A stretch of 64,000 bases of DNA from Candidatus Binatia bacterium (GCA_963666315.2 CAXXHG010000047.1:32001-96000); one strand, 5' to 3'; positions 1-9,841 are shown, counted from the first letter of the stretch. Numbers and translations are program-made. Notes: generated by a model from the sequence alone, not told the origin.

Positions 1-903
1 TGCGCGAAAACGCATCAAATCAGCCGCTTCAGTCTGGGCGTAGGCGAGCGCGATGGGGAACTGAATCCCTTGGTTTTTGGTGATCGGCCGACCAAAAATC
101 TCTCTCTCGTTGCCGTATTGGACCGCTCTCTTAATAAACCAGCGCGCGTCACCGATGGCTTCGGACGCCACAAGGATACGCTCTGCATTCATGCCGTCGA
201 GAATGTAATAAAAGCCCTTGCCTTCTTCGCCGATCAGGTTTTCTGTCGGGACTTTGAGGTCACGGAAAAAGAGTTGGTTGGTTTCGTGGTTGAGCATGGT
301 GTCGATGGGCCGGACTTCGATCGAGTCGCCTACCTCTCGGAGGTCAACGAGAAAGATGCTCATGCCCAGCGTTTTCTTTTCACTCTGCTCAAATGGCGTG
401 GTCCGAGTCAAGAGCAGCAACATATCGGAGTGCTGTACACGGGACGTGAAGATCTTCCCGCCATTAACAATGTAATAATCGCCTTCTCTGCGGGCCGAGG
501 TGGTAATATGGGTCGTGTCCGAACCCGCGTCCGGCTCGGTCACGCCAAAGGCTTGGAGCCGAAGCCCGCCGCTGGCTATCCTGGGCAGATAGCGCTGTTT
601 TTGCTCGGGGCTGCCATGCCGGAGGAGGGAGCCCATGATGTACATTTGGGCGTGACAGGCTGCGGCATTGCCGCCTGAGCGGTTAATTTCTTCCAGAATG
701 ACGCTGGCTTCGGTGATGCTGAGTCCGGAGCCGCCGTACTCGCTGGGAATCAAGGCGGCCAGCCAGCCGGCCTTGGTCAATGCATCCACAAATGTTTCTG
801 GATACTGATGCTCTTTATCCAGATCGCGCCAGTATGCATCCCCATATTGGCTGCAAAATTTTCGAATCTCATTTCGGATTTCGGGACAGCGTTCCTGTGG
901 CAT
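1..903 (-). CDS. Acyl-CoA dehydrogenase (3' end runs off the window)
   Basis: Translated by hand (absent from the ORF track): MPQERCPEIRNEIRKFC...GWLAALIPSEYGGSG...AFGVTEPDAGSD...VNGGKIFTS...LIGEEGKGFYYILDGMNAERI...REIFGRPITKNQGIQF. AAGGAG-type RBS upstream of ATG at 903. Confidence 0.95.
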   Translation of the reverse strand, partial: MPQERCPEIRNEIRKFCSQYGDAYWRDLDKEHQYPETFVDALTKAGWLAALIPSEYGGSGLSITEASVILEEINRSGGNAAACHAQMYIMGSLLRHGSPEQKQRYLPRIASGGLRLQAFGVTEPDAGSDTTHITTSARREGDYYIVNGGKIFTSRVQHSDMLLLLTRTTPFEQSEKKTLGMSIFLVDLREVGDSIEVRPIDTMLNHETNQLFFRDLKVPTENLIGEEGKGFYYILDGMNAERILVASEAIGDARWFIKRAVQYGNEREIFGRPITKNQGIQFPIALAYAQTEAADLMRFRA

Positions 904-946
904 AATTCCTTCTCCTTAAGGGAGTCTCTTGGATTTCCTCTTATCA

Positions 947-2275
947 TTACGGCCAGAACAGCCGCCGGGCCTCTTTTTTCAACTCCGGGCGAAAGTCTGG
1001 ATGAGCAATGGCCGCCAACTCCTCAGCTCGACGCCGTTGGGACTTCCCGAAGAGCTGGGCCACGCCATATTCAGTCACCACATAATCTGTGAACTGACGT
1101 GGTGAGGTGACAAAACTGCCTTCCTCCATTAGCGGAACAATGCGCGACACCGTGCCTTTCACTGCGGTGGACGGAAAGACCATAATCGAGCGGCCGTTTT
1201 TGGCATACACTGAACCAATGGCATAATCAGGGAAGCCGCCCGAGCCGGTAAACATCTGCGGTCCGAACGAGTCAGCCACAGCCTGACCGGTCAGATCCAT
1301 GCGCAGGGCGTTATTAATCGCGACCATATTGTCGTGGGCCATAATGGTCTGTAAATGGTTCACATACGCGACGCCGTATAGTTCGAAGTGCGGGTTCTGG
1401 TGAACAAAGTCGCGCTCCTCGCGACTAAACGCCACAGCAGTCGCAACGGCTCGGTTTGTATGGAAGGTTTTGTTTTTGCCCGTAAAAATACCGCGTCGGA
1501 CTCGCTCGACCCCACCACGCGGAATGCGCTCGGTATGCCAGCCGAGGTCATTGCGTTCATCGAATATGCCGGCTTGGACCAGGGCTTCACTCGTACTGCC
1601 CGCGCCGACCTCAATCGTGTCTCCATCGCGGATGAGAGGGGCGACATGGGCCGCGATTGTTTTGACGACCTGGCTTAACTCAATATCGGGAAACGGGGGA
1701 CGAAAGGCTTGTGTGTGTGGCGGCTCAACAAGAAAGTCGATTTCACTCACATGGACAAAATTATCTCCACCCGTGCGAATGAAATCCGGGCTGACTTCAG
1801 CGATAACCGTGCATGCCTGCTGTACGAGCTCTTTTTTGTCCCACACGCCACCACCCAGGCTCATAAAGCCATTATGATCGGGTGGTGAAACATCGAGCAG
1901 CACGACGTCTGGGGGGATGGCCTGTGTTCGGCCTTCGTCCAGCGTTTTGAACAGCAGTGCGCTGGGGCATATCCGCTGGTCGCTCCGCTGGTCGGTCACC
2001 ATTTGCCGAATCGGCTTGGGCAAATACGGGCTGGTATACCAGGGTTCAATCTGAAATGCCTCGGCTGCTTCTGGATGATACCAGGCCAGGTCGCCGGCCG
2101 GTGCGCCTATGAGGATGGTCACGCCGGAGAGTTCGTTGAGCCGGTTCGCCAGTGCCCCGGCAATCACGGCTGGGTTTGAGTAAACGGGAATGGTAACCCG
2201 GTCGCCGGATTTGACGACTTGTACGGCTTCTTCAGCCGAGCGTAAACGAGATGAATATTCTTGTTGACTATCCAT
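947..2275 (-). CDS. Acetyl-CoA hydrolase/4-hydroxybutyrate CoA-transferase family protein
   Basis: Motifs SPPDHNGFMSLG, HVSEIDFLVE, GWHTE, AINNALRMDLTGQ, GSGG, SRIVP, DYVVTEYGVA, IAHPDFR. Confidence 0.92.
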   Translation of the reverse strand: MDSQQEYSSRLRSAEEAVQVVKSGDRVTIPVYSNPAVIAGALANRLNELSGVTILIGAPAGDLAWYHPEAAEAFQIEPWYTSPYLPKPIRQMVTDQRSDQRICPSALLFKTLDEGRTQAIPPDVVLLDVSPPDHNGFMSLGGGVWDKKELVQQACTVIAEVSPDFIRTGGDNFVHVSEIDFLVEPPHTQAFRPPFPDIELSQVVKTIAAHVAPLIRDGDTIEVGAGSTSEALVQAGIFDERNDLGWHTERIPRGGVERVRRGIFTGKNKTFHTNRAVATAVAFSREERDFVHQNPHFELYGVAYVNHLQTIMAHDNMVAINNALRMDLTGQAVADSFGPQMFTGSGGFPDYAIGSVYAKNGRSIMVFPSTAVKGTVSRIVPLMEEGSFVTSPRQFTDYVVTEYGVAQLFGKSQRRRAEELAAIAHPDFRPELKKEARRLFWP

Positions 2276-2290
2276 ATGTGGTCTCTCGAC

Positions 2291-3013
2291 TTATTCTCTG
2301 GTGAGGAGGAGATCTGGGGTGATCACTGCCTGGCTGAGCGCCAGGGCATTCACCGTGGCCTTGGAGACGATAACCGCACTAGGATTCTTGTGTACCAAGC
2401 TGTCGGCAAGTTCCCGAACGGTGGGCGAGAGCGCTTCTTTTTTCACGATCCGGTTGAGCAGCCCCAGGGGGAGAAGTTCCTCGGCCTTATACCGGCGACA
2501 GGTGATAATGATTTCCTTTGCGAGAGATGGGCCGACATGGGTAGTCAATAGAGCGGTTGTGTGCGGACTCAGCGGAACCCCAAGATCGACTTCAGGAAAC
2601 CAAAATTCCGCACCCTCCACGGCGATCCGGAAATCACAGCCTAAGACGAGCGCCCAGCCCCCACCAACGGCATAACCGTTGACAGCGGCTATGGTGATTG
2701 GCTCGAGGTGCACGAGTGTTTGTAAGACGCGTCCAACCAGCCGCCCCCGACGCTTTCTGTAGGTCGCGAAGATTCGCTCGCGTTCTTGAGGATCTGTAAT
2801 CCCCTTCGTCTGCGACAAATCAGCCCCAGAACAAAAGGTATTCCCCGTGCCGGTCAAGATAAGGACCCGAACATCTGTATCATCCCGGATTTGATACAGC
2901 AGTCCTTCTAATTCGAGCAGGATCTCCTCGTTCAGCGGGTTGCGTTTTTCTGGGCGGTTGAAGGTCAGCGTGGCAATGCGTCCGTCTTTTTGCAGCACAA
3001 AATGATCTGGCAT
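2291..3013 (-). CDS. Enoyl-CoA hydratase/isomerase (crotonase) family
   Basis: NRPEKRN, FCSGADL, IAAVNGYAVGGG, FPEVDLG. Confidence 0.92.
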   Translation of the reverse strand: MPDHFVLQKDGRIATLTFNRPEKRNPLNEEILLELEGLLYQIRDDTDVRVLILTGTGNTFCSGADLSQTKGITDPQERERIFATYRKRRGRLVGRVLQTLVHLEPITIAAVNGYAVGGGWALVLGCDFRIAVEGAEFWFPEVDLGVPLSPHTTALLTTHVGPSLAKEIIITCRRYKAEELLPLGLLNRIVKKEALSPTVRELADSLVHKNPSAVIVSKATVNALALSQAVITPDLLLTRE

Positions 3014-3200
3014 GGTCTCCCTCCCTCATCTGAACAAAACCTGGACAAAATAAAGCCGGGGAAACAAGTGCCTCATCTAAGCGGATGGTCTTCAGTCTGG
3101 CAAGAGAGTAGGGGCAAAGCATTCCTGCGTGGAATGGGCTATGTTTTCTTGTCTGCTGAGAATGCTGCGCCCCTGCTTAGTGGGAATAAAAGGAGGCTGT

Positions 3201-3971
3201 ATGGATCTCGGACTCGCAAACAGAGTGGCCATGGTGAGTGGCGCAAGTCGCGGTATTGGTCGAGCGATTGCCCTAGGGCTTGCCGCTGAAGGATGTCGGC
3301 TGAGTCTGTGTGCACGGGGGAAAGAGCAGCTCGACAAAACCGCTCAAGAGGTGGGTGAGCGGGGAAGCGTCGTCCTGGCTACGGCTCTCGACGTAACACA
3401 AGAAGCTGAAGCCCGAGCTTGGGTTGAGGAGACGCAGCAACGATTCGGCGGGGTGGATATCCTCATCAACAACGTTGGTGGCTCGCGTCCCGGTGGCAAT
3501 CTGGACGCTACTCGGGGCGATTGGCAAGCCGGCTTTGCCTTGAATTTCTTTTCTGCCCTTGACCTGTGTCGTCTTGTCGTGCCGACCATGCAGAAAAGAC
3601 AGAGTGGCTGCGTGATCAATATTACTTCGATTTACGGCCGCGAGTGGGGCGGGCCTATGACCTATAATGCTGCCAAGGCCGCCCTGATTAGTTTGTCAAA
3701 AGAAATGGCCCGCGAGCTGGCACCACAAGGCATACGCGTGAACAGTGTGGCGCCGGGGTCAATTCTGTTTCCCGGCGGCTCATGGGAACGGCGGCAAAAA
3801 GAAAATCCCGAAGGGATAGCCGCGTTTGTTAAAGCCGAACTTCCAGCCGGACGTTTTGGCACGCCTGAAGAAGTTGCCGATGTGGTCGTCTTTCTGGCCT
3901 CGGAGCGGGCAAACTGGGTCTCTGGGGCATGCCTCAACGTTGATGGCTGTCAGTCTCGATCATTGATTTAA
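3201..3971 (+). CDS. Short-chain dehydrogenase/reductase (FabG-like)
   Basis: SGASRGIG, INNVG, catalytic YNAAK, IRVNSVAPG. AGGAGG RBS before ATG 3201. Confidence 0.93.
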   Translation: MDLGLANRVAMVSGASRGIGRAIALGLAAEGCRLSLCARGKEQLDKTAQEVGERGSVVLATALDVTQEAEARAWVEETQQRFGGVDILINNVGGSRPGGNLDATRGDWQAGFALNFFSALDLCRLVVPTMQKRQSGCVINITSIYGREWGGPMTYNAAKAALISLSKEMARELAPQGIRVNSVAPGSILFPGGSWERRQKENPEGIAAFVKAELPAGRFGTPEEVADVVVFLASERANWVSGACLNVDGCQSRSLI

Positions 3972-4012
3972 ATGGATTTAAATTGACTGAAAGGGAGCAG
4001 CCGGAGGAATAC

Positions 4013-4816
4013 ATGCAAGAACAGTACGAAACCTTAGAACTCCGCCGTGACGGTGGCCTGCTGTGGCTGGTCTTGAACCGGCCCCAAGCGCTGAATGCTA
4101 TGAACGGCCCGTTGGTTGAAGAGCTGCACGACGTACTGGACGAACTCCACGCTGATCACAGAATCCGGGTTGTCATCTTGCGTGGGGCGGGACGCGCGTT
4201 CTGCGCCGGACTCGATCTCAAGCAATCGAGCGTCGGAACTGGAAAAGCTTCCGTAGCCCAAGGTCTACGTGATCAGCGTCGCATCGCTGAGCTGGCGATT
4301 AAAATTCACCGTGCGCCGCAGCCCTTTATTGCCGCCGTTCACGGCCCAGCAGCGGGCGGGGGCTTTGCGCTCGCTTTGGCAAGCGATATTCGCATCGTTG
4401 GTGAGTCTGCGCGCATGAACGCGGCTTTTATCCGCATTGGTCTCTCAGCCTGTGATGTTGGCGTGAGTTATTTCCTGCCGCGCATTGTCGGCTCTTCTGT
4501 TGCGTCTGAATTCTTACTCACCGGAGATTTTATGGACGCCTCGCGTGCGCTGGCAACCGGCCTCGCCTCCCGCGTCGTCCCTGACGCGGAATTAGATCAA
4601 ACGGCAGAAGCGATGGCACGCAATATCCTGCGCAACTCCCCGCTTGGGGTCCGTCTGACAAAGGAGTGTTTGCGCTACTCGGTCGATGCCCCGACGCTTG
4701 AGACCGCCATCGCTATGGAAGATCGAAATCAGATTTTGACGACGCAGACGAACGATGTGAAAGAAGGCATTGCCGCCTTTCTGGAAAAGCGCGATCCGCA
4801 CTATGAGGATGCGTAG
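4013..4816 (+). CDS. Enoyl-CoA hydratase/isomerase family
   Basis: LNRPQALNA, AFCAGLDL, AVHGPAAGGG, EGIAAFLEKR. GGAGG RBS before ATG 4013. Confidence 0.92.
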   Translation: MQEQYETLELRRDGGLLWLVLNRPQALNAMNGPLVEELHDVLDELHADHRIRVVILRGAGRAFCAGLDLKQSSVGTGKASVAQGLRDQRRIAELAIKIHRAPQPFIAAVHGPAAGGGFALALASDIRIVGESARMNAAFIRIGLSACDVGVSYFLPRIVGSSVASEFLLTGDFMDASRALATGLASRVVPDAELDQTAEAMARNILRNSPLGVRLTKECLRYSVDAPTLETAIAMEDRNQILTTQTNDVKEGIAAFLEKRDPHYEDA

Positions 4817-4887
4817 GGCGGACGCCTCCATGGCATGTCCCACAATCGCTGCTATTGTCCTTACGTTGTGACCAAGGCCGGCGGGCC

Positions 4888-5619
4888 CTACTCATACTCG
4901 AATCGATCTATATGATCCCGGCGATCTTGCCGCCGTTGGTGCTGGCCGCGATAGTGTCTGCGCAACTCTTGGGCAAGCGTGCGCGCCTCTTGGGTGGATC
5001 GCTTGATCTCATGCAGTTTTGCGAGGTTGTCCGCTTTCGCCTGTTCGCGAGCGGCCTTGAGATTTTGGTGGATGCGTTCCATACGCTCTTTCAATGCGCG
5101 CAGCTGTCTCCGCTCGGCCTGATGCTGAAGCAGGAACTCTTCGCGTTTATTTCTCAGCTCTTGCTCCAGATCTTCGATTCTGGTTAAGGTGCTGTCCAAG
5201 CGTTGGGCTTGTTCTCTGATAGCAGCCGAGGTGTTTGGATCGTATATCAACCGACGCGCCATTTCCCGTGCCTGCTGCAAACGGCGTTGTCGTTGTCGAG
5301 TACGTTTCTCATCCGACCACCATCTGGGGCGATCGCGTCGTGGCCGCGGCCGGTCGTCTCGGATGTCATCGCGTGGAAACGGGCTGGGGCGCTGCCGCGG
5401 CGCAGTATACGTTGGGTTAGGCCGCTCCAGGTGTTCTTGCGACCCTTGCTGATTTGGCCGATTTTGGGGTGGAATAAAATTTTGGCCTCTGGCTGAGAAG
5501 AATGGGCCGGCGGTCAGGACAGCCAAGATCCCCATGCTGAAAACAATCGAATAGTGCAGATAGTGCGGATAGTGCAGAAAACGCACAAAATAGAGGATCA
5601 CGTGCTTCTTTATCTCCAT
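4888..5619 (-). CDS. Secreted/periplasmic helical coiled-coil protein (Spy/CpxP/CnrX-like position), co-transcribed with the ECF pair
   Basis: Hydrophobic N-terminal segment, then a low-complexity linker and an R/E/Q-rich coiled coil. Overlaps the anti-sigma stop. Confidence 0.55.
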   Translation of the reverse strand: MEIKKHVILYFVRFLHYPHYLHYSIVFSMGILAVLTAGPFFSARGQNFIPPQNRPNQQGSQEHLERPNPTYTAPRQRPSPFPRDDIRDDRPRPRRDRPRWWSDEKRTRQRQRRLQQAREMARRLIYDPNTSAAIREQAQRLDSTLTRIEDLEQELRNKREEFLLQHQAERRQLRALKERMERIHQNLKAAREQAKADNLAKLHEIKRSTQEARTLAQELRRHYRGQHQRRQDRRDHIDRFEYE

Positions 5620-6176
5620 AGGTCCTCTTGACTGTTTTCTTCAAAAATCCAGGCATCCTCTTCCAGCCAGTCAGGAAAAGCCTCTTCTGGAACCTCTCCA
5701 CTCAGCATCCGTGCCCCATCGTCTGGGTCGAGCACGTCGAGTAATGCGTCCATGCTCGCAACTACTTCTTCGGCAGACACCTCAGGTGGGGACTGGAGGG
5801 TGGTGAAATAGAACACAAATGAGGCCGCGCAGGTTGCCAGCATACCCACAGACCATCTGGCCCATGTGGCTGAATTGGTCCCCCTGGTCCAGCCTGTGCC
5901 GCTTCTCATCCATGTGGTTGCCTTGGCCCATACACTGACGGTGGACGCGCTGAGACGTGGATCTTGGAGGCGCAGCCACAGCCGCGTTTCCATCGCAGCA
6001 GTGACGTTCTGCTCGGGCAGCTGCTGGACGCGTTGTCGGTTCTCTTCAAATCGACGCAGTCGCTTCGTACAGGTTGAACAGTGGGCCACATGCCCTTGGA
6101 TCTCCTGTCGCGCATGCGCTGACAGTATATTATCCAGGTAAGGACTCAGCGATTGTTGACACTGACGACAGGTCAT
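5610..6176 (-). CDS. Zinc-binding anti-sigma factor (zf-HC2/ZAS) with one TM helix
   Basis: C...YLD...HVAHCSTC (HxxxCxxC) and a TM segment SVGMLATCAASFVFYF. ATGA overlap with the sigma factor. Confidence 0.85.
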   Translation of the reverse strand: MTCRQCQQSLSPYLDNILSAHARQEIQGHVAHCSTCTKRLRRFEENRQRVQQLPEQNVTAAMETRLWLRLQDPRLSASTVSVWAKATTWMRSGTGWTRGTNSATWARWSVGMLATCAASFVFYFTTLQSPPEVSAEEVVASMDALLDVLDPDDGARMLSGEVPEEAFPDWLEEDAWIFEENSQEDLWR

Positions 6177-6901
6177 GACTGCATCCTCCCTGGACTTTTG
6201 CGTACACTTTCCTGAAGCAGCGCCTTACGCAGCTGCTCGCGTGCGCGTGCGAGGCGCGAGCGAACGGTGCCCAGCGGCACTCGTAATATAGTGGCAATCT
6301 TGTCATACGGTAAGTCCTGATATTCACGTAAAACCAAAATCATTCGCCAGTCTGGAGGGAGACTCTCAAGCGCGCAGCGCACGCGTTCGACATCTTCCTT
6401 AGCTTCAAGCAAAACCGACGCTTCGGGCTGATCCGACGGAGGATCATACGGCGCGTCATTGTCGGGCTCATCGGAGTAATGAGGCTTGAGGCTATCCAAA
6501 GATAACATGCGCCAGCGTCTGCGTCGTCGGAGTTCGTCTAGGGCGAGGTTTGTGGCGATGCGATACAGCCACGAAGCAAAGCCGATCCCCAAGCCTCCGG
6601 AACGGGGCTTGTAGCTGTTTATGTTCTCAATTGCTCGCACAAACGTTTCCTGCCAGAGATCTTCAGCAATGCCTCTATCCTGTACCATTCTGTTCATAAG
6701 ATTCAGTATGACTTTCCCATAGCGCTGCATCAGTAAACCAAAGGCATCCCGTTCACCGGATTTCGCGCGCGTGACAAGCGTGAGATCATCTATTGGTTGA
6801 TCCGACTGGTTGTGGACCGCTGCCGAAATGGACGGATGCGTTTCCTCTTGCGTCAGGTGCTTGGGCAACGCTGATTGTGTGCTTTTCGGTTCTTCACCCA
6901 T
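6173..6901 (-). CDS. ECF (sigma-24/RpoE-like) RNA polymerase sigma factor
   Basis: AEDLWQETF, FASWLYRIATNLALDELRRRRR, LREYQDLPYDKIATIL, GTVRSRLARAR. Confidence 0.95.
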   Translation of the reverse strand: MGEEPKSTQSALPKHLTQEETHPSISAAVHNQSDQPIDDLTLVTRAKSGERDAFGLLMQRYGKVILNLMNRMVQDRGIAEDLWQETFVRAIENINSYKPRSGGLGIGFASWLYRIATNLALDELRRRRRWRMLSLDSLKPHYSDEPDNDAPYDPPSDQPEASVLLEAKEDVERVRCALESLPPDWRMILVLREYQDLPYDKIATILRVPLGTVRSRLARAREQLRKALLQESVRKSPGRMQS

Positions 6902-6927
6902 GCACGTTCCTGCGGATCTAGAAGAAA

Positions 6928-6953
6928 AAACGTCTTACAACAGGAAAGGTTCC
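6928..6953 (-). promoter_or_regulatory. Putative ECF autoregulatory promoter
   Basis: Minus strand reads GGAACC-N16-GTTT about 27 nt upstream of the sigma start, matching the GGAAC/GTT ECF consensus. Confidence 0.65.
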
Positions 6954-6977
6954 GTATCGGGGCTATTCGGCCGGGAC

Positions 6978-7640
6978 CTATCCGGCAAGGATGTGTGGCA
7001 GCTCAACAACACTAGACAAAATATAGTCGGCCTGTTCTTCCTGGAGGACGGTGTTGGTGCTCGTGCCTGTCAGCACGCCCACCGTGCGTACGCCAGCGGC
7101 CTTGCCTGCCCGAATATCAATCGGTGAGTCGCCAATATAGATGGTTTCGGACGGATCGAGAGCGAGCTGCTGCAGGCATTTGAGCACCGGTTCCGGGTCG
7201 GGTTTGCAGTTCTCCACATCTTCGCGCCCAACAATGCCGCTGAAGAGGTGCCGGACTCCCCAACTATCGAGAAAGGGCAGGGCGCGTCCGGACGAGGTCG
7301 CGATGCCGAGCTGAAATCCTTGTTGATGCAGGCTGTGGAGTAATGTGAGACTGCCCGGAATGGCTTGTGTCTCTTCGTGGTAGCGGCGTAACCATTCATC
7401 CATGCGGCTATCGACAATCTGTTTGAGTGTTCCGGCAGGGTCGGGATGATCAGGCGGAAAGAGCTTCTCCAGCGGCGACTCATCGCCCGCCCGCATGAAG
7501 GCATATACCCGATCTCTGGAAACCGGAGGGAGATCCGCTAGCGTAAGAACTTCCAGTGCGATTTCGTAGAAGAATTCGACTGAGCTGGCGAGCGTTCCGT
7601 CGACATCAAAGATAATGCCTTTGACCCCCAAATCACTCAT
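6978..7640 (-). CDS. HAD-superfamily hydrolase (phosphoglycolate phosphatase-like)
   Basis: FDVDGTL, ATS, KPDPE, IGDSPIDI. Confidence 0.92.
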   Translation of the reverse strand: MSDLGVKGIIFDVDGTLASSVEFFYEIALEVLTLADLPPVSRDRVYAFMRAGDESPLEKLFPPDHPDPAGTLKQIVDSRMDEWLRRYHEETQAIPGSLTLLHSLHQQGFQLGIATSSGRALPFLDSWGVRHLFSGIVGREDVENCKPDPEPVLKCLQQLALDPSETIYIGDSPIDIRAGKAAGVRTVGVLTGTSTNTVLQEEQADYILSSVVELPHILAG

Positions 7641-8233
7641 GCAGTGAGTTGACTCCAGACCTGCTGAATTTGGTGTTTCAGGTCTTCTAGCGAGCCGTCA
7701 TTGTGGATCACGACTGTGGCGTGCTTGAGGCGCTCTTGGTTTGAAAGCTGGTTGGCGATACGGGCTTCGGTATCTTTGGCCGCCATCCCGCGCTGCTCGG
7801 CGACACGCTCAATAACAGCGCTTTTGTCAGTCACGACCACCCAGACCTCGTCAGTGAGGGGGAGCCAGTTGGCTTCAATCAGAATGGCCGCCTCGACCAC
7901 AATCGGCGCGGTGTAGCCTTCGTCGCGCTTGGCTTGGATGCGCTGCTCGATTTCTGTGAACATAATCGGATGGACGATAGTGTTGAGCTGCGTGAGAGCA
8001 GCAGCGCTGCTAAAGACAATAGCCCCAAGCTTCTTGCGATCAATGGTTTGGTCTTCAGCCAAGATGTCTTGTCCAAAGGCTGCGCTGACCTGCTGCCAGG
8101 CGGCTTTGCCGGGCAGATAGATTTCGTGGCCGACTGTATCTGCATCAATCACAAACGCGCCAAGATCGGCCACGATTTGAGACACAGTGCTTTTACCTGA
8201 ACCAATGCCGCCGGTGAGTCCAATTGTTCTCAT
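7637..8233 (-). CDS. coaE: Dephospho-CoA kinase
   Basis: IGLTGGIGSGKSTV, IDAD, IDRKKLG, IVHP, RIANQ. Confidence 0.96.
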   Translation of the reverse strand: MRTIGLTGGIGSGKSTVSQIVADLGAFVIDADTVGHEIYLPGKAAWQQVSAAFGQDILAEDQTIDRKKLGAIVFSSAAALTQLNTIVHPIMFTEIEQRIQAKRDEGYTAPIVVEAAILIEANWLPLTDEVWVVVTDKSAVIERVAEQRGMAAKDTEARIANQLSNQERLKHATVVIHNDGSLEDLKHQIQQVWSQLTA

Positions 8234-8361
8234 GTGAGTACTGCCTTGTGTTGGGTCTTGCAGGTTGTGTCAGAGATAACCAGCCGCTGCAAGGGGAAAG
8301 CTGGGTTCTCTCTTGATAGGGCACATGTTATCACAACGAGCGAACGCTGCAGGGAGGACCC

Positions 8362-9111
8362 ATGCCATACGCTGAAGTGCGCGGAACGAAATTGTATTAC
8401 GAAGACCTCGGAGAAGGCCCGCCCGTCCTCTTGTTGCCTGGAGCGCTCGGAACCGGTCAATCGGATCTTGGCCCGCAACTGGAAGCGCTGCCGCAACGCG
8501 GGGTACGCGTGATTGCTCCCGACCCGCGTGGCTACGGGAACTCACGCCCCCCGGCGCGTGAGTTCCCGATCGACTTTTACCAGCAAGACGCACACGATTT
8601 TGCGGCCCTGATGGAGTCGATAGACTGCCCAACCTACGCTGTTGGAGGCTGGAGCGATGGCGCGATTATAAGCATGCTGCTCACCTTGGCCTACCCACAG
8701 CAAGTGACCAAGATGGCCATCTGGGGCGGCAATGCGTATATCTCGCAGGAAGATATTGTGGCTTACGAGAAAACGCGCTCCATCTCAGACTGGTCACCTC
8801 GTATGGCCGCACCGATGCAGGCTCTCTACGGAGATGATTTCCAAGATCTGTGGTCCGGCTGGTGCGATGCTCAGCAGGCCATCCTCAAAGCGAGTGGAGA
8901 CTTGTGTCGCGAGCGTGTGTCTGGTATCGCCTGCCCGACTTTTCTTATGCACGGCGGAAAAGATCCGTTGGTCCCCCTCTTTCACGCCCATTTTTTGCAG
9001 CAGGAGATCGCCGGCTCACGACTGCACGTCTTTCCGGATGGCAAACATAATATCCATCTCGCCTATGCAGACCAGTTCAACGACATTTTAGTTGAATTCC
9101 TGCAGTCATAA
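8362..9111 (+). CDS. Alpha/beta hydrolase, BPHL (valacyclovir hydrolase)-like
   Basis: LLLPGALG, DPRGYGNSRPP, nucleophile GWSDG, HGGKDPLVP, GKHNIHL. Confidence 0.88.
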   Translation: MPYAEVRGTKLYYEDLGEGPPVLLLPGALGTGQSDLGPQLEALPQRGVRVIAPDPRGYGNSRPPAREFPIDFYQQDAHDFAALMESIDCPTYAVGGWSDGAIISMLLTLAYPQQVTKMAIWGGNAYISQEDIVAYEKTRSISDWSPRMAAPMQALYGDDFQDLWSGWCDAQQAILKASGDLCRERVSGIACPTFLMHGGKDPLVPLFHAHFLQQEIAGSRLHVFPDGKHNIHLAYADQFNDILVEFLQS

Positions 9112-9137
9112 GTATTGGACAGGAAGAGGAGCATGAT

Positions 9138-9749
9138 ATGCCGAAAGTCGAATTTTTTTACGATTACTCGAGTCCGTGGACGTATCTCGCGTTTGCGAAG
9201 ATTGATGGTCTGTGCCAAAAATACGGCGCCGAACTGGAATGGCGTCCGTTTCTTGTTGGTGGCGTGTTCAATACCGTCAATCCTTCGGTCTATGAGTTCC
9301 GGGAAAAGGGTGTCCCTGCCAAACAGAACTATATGGCTAAAGACATGCGTGACTGGGCTCGCTACTACGGCCTGAGCATCAAAATGCCGCCGTCTGTTTT
9401 TCCGGTCAATTCAATCAAGGCCCTGCGTGGGGCTCTCGTCGCGCTCGGACATCCTGGCAAGTTCTTGCCCTATAGTTACCGCGTGTTTGAAACGTATTGG
9501 GGCGAGGATCAAGACATTAGCCAAGACGACGTGCTGCAGAAGATCGTAGATCGCGTCGGTCTTGATACCGACGAGTACTTCGACAAGATTAAACGCCAGA
9601 ACTATAAAGATCAGATTCGCGCCAACACCGATGAGGTCATTAAACGTGGTGGGTTCGGCACGCCGACTATCTTTGTCAATAGCGACTCAATGTTCTTTGG
9701 AAATGATCGGCTGGTGTTGGTTGAGGAAGAATTGAAGAGGACTGGTTAG
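9138..9749 (+). CDS. 2-hydroxychromene-2-carboxylate isomerase / kappa-class GST (DsbA-like)
   Basis: FFYDYSSPWTY, FPVNS, GGFGTPT, FFGNDRL. Confidence 0.9.
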   Translation: MPKVEFFYDYSSPWTYLAFAKIDGLCQKYGAELEWRPFLVGGVFNTVNPSVYEFREKGVPAKQNYMAKDMRDWARYYGLSIKMPPSVFPVNSIKALRGALVALGHPGKFLPYSYRVFETYWGEDQDISQDDVLQKIVDRVGLDTDEYFDKIKRQNYKDQIRANTDEVIKRGGFGTPTIFVNSDSMFFGNDRLVLVEEELKRTG

Positions 9750-9841
9750 GGGATGGGGGATGGGAGTTAGGGTACAGGGAAGAAGAATGCCATAAGTGGC
9801 AAGGCCGCCTGTGGCAACTCTCACCCCCTAACTCCTAATTC
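9750..9841. repeat. Heptamer-type G-rich/C-rich inverted arms between convergent genes (likely hairpin/terminator)
   Basis: ggggatgggggatgggagttaggg ... ccccctaactcctaa. Same style recurs at 16125-16220. Confidence 0.45.

Noticed and set aside
70-678. 202-aa plus-strand ORF
   Set aside because: Antisense shadow of the minus-strand acyl-CoA dehydrogenase
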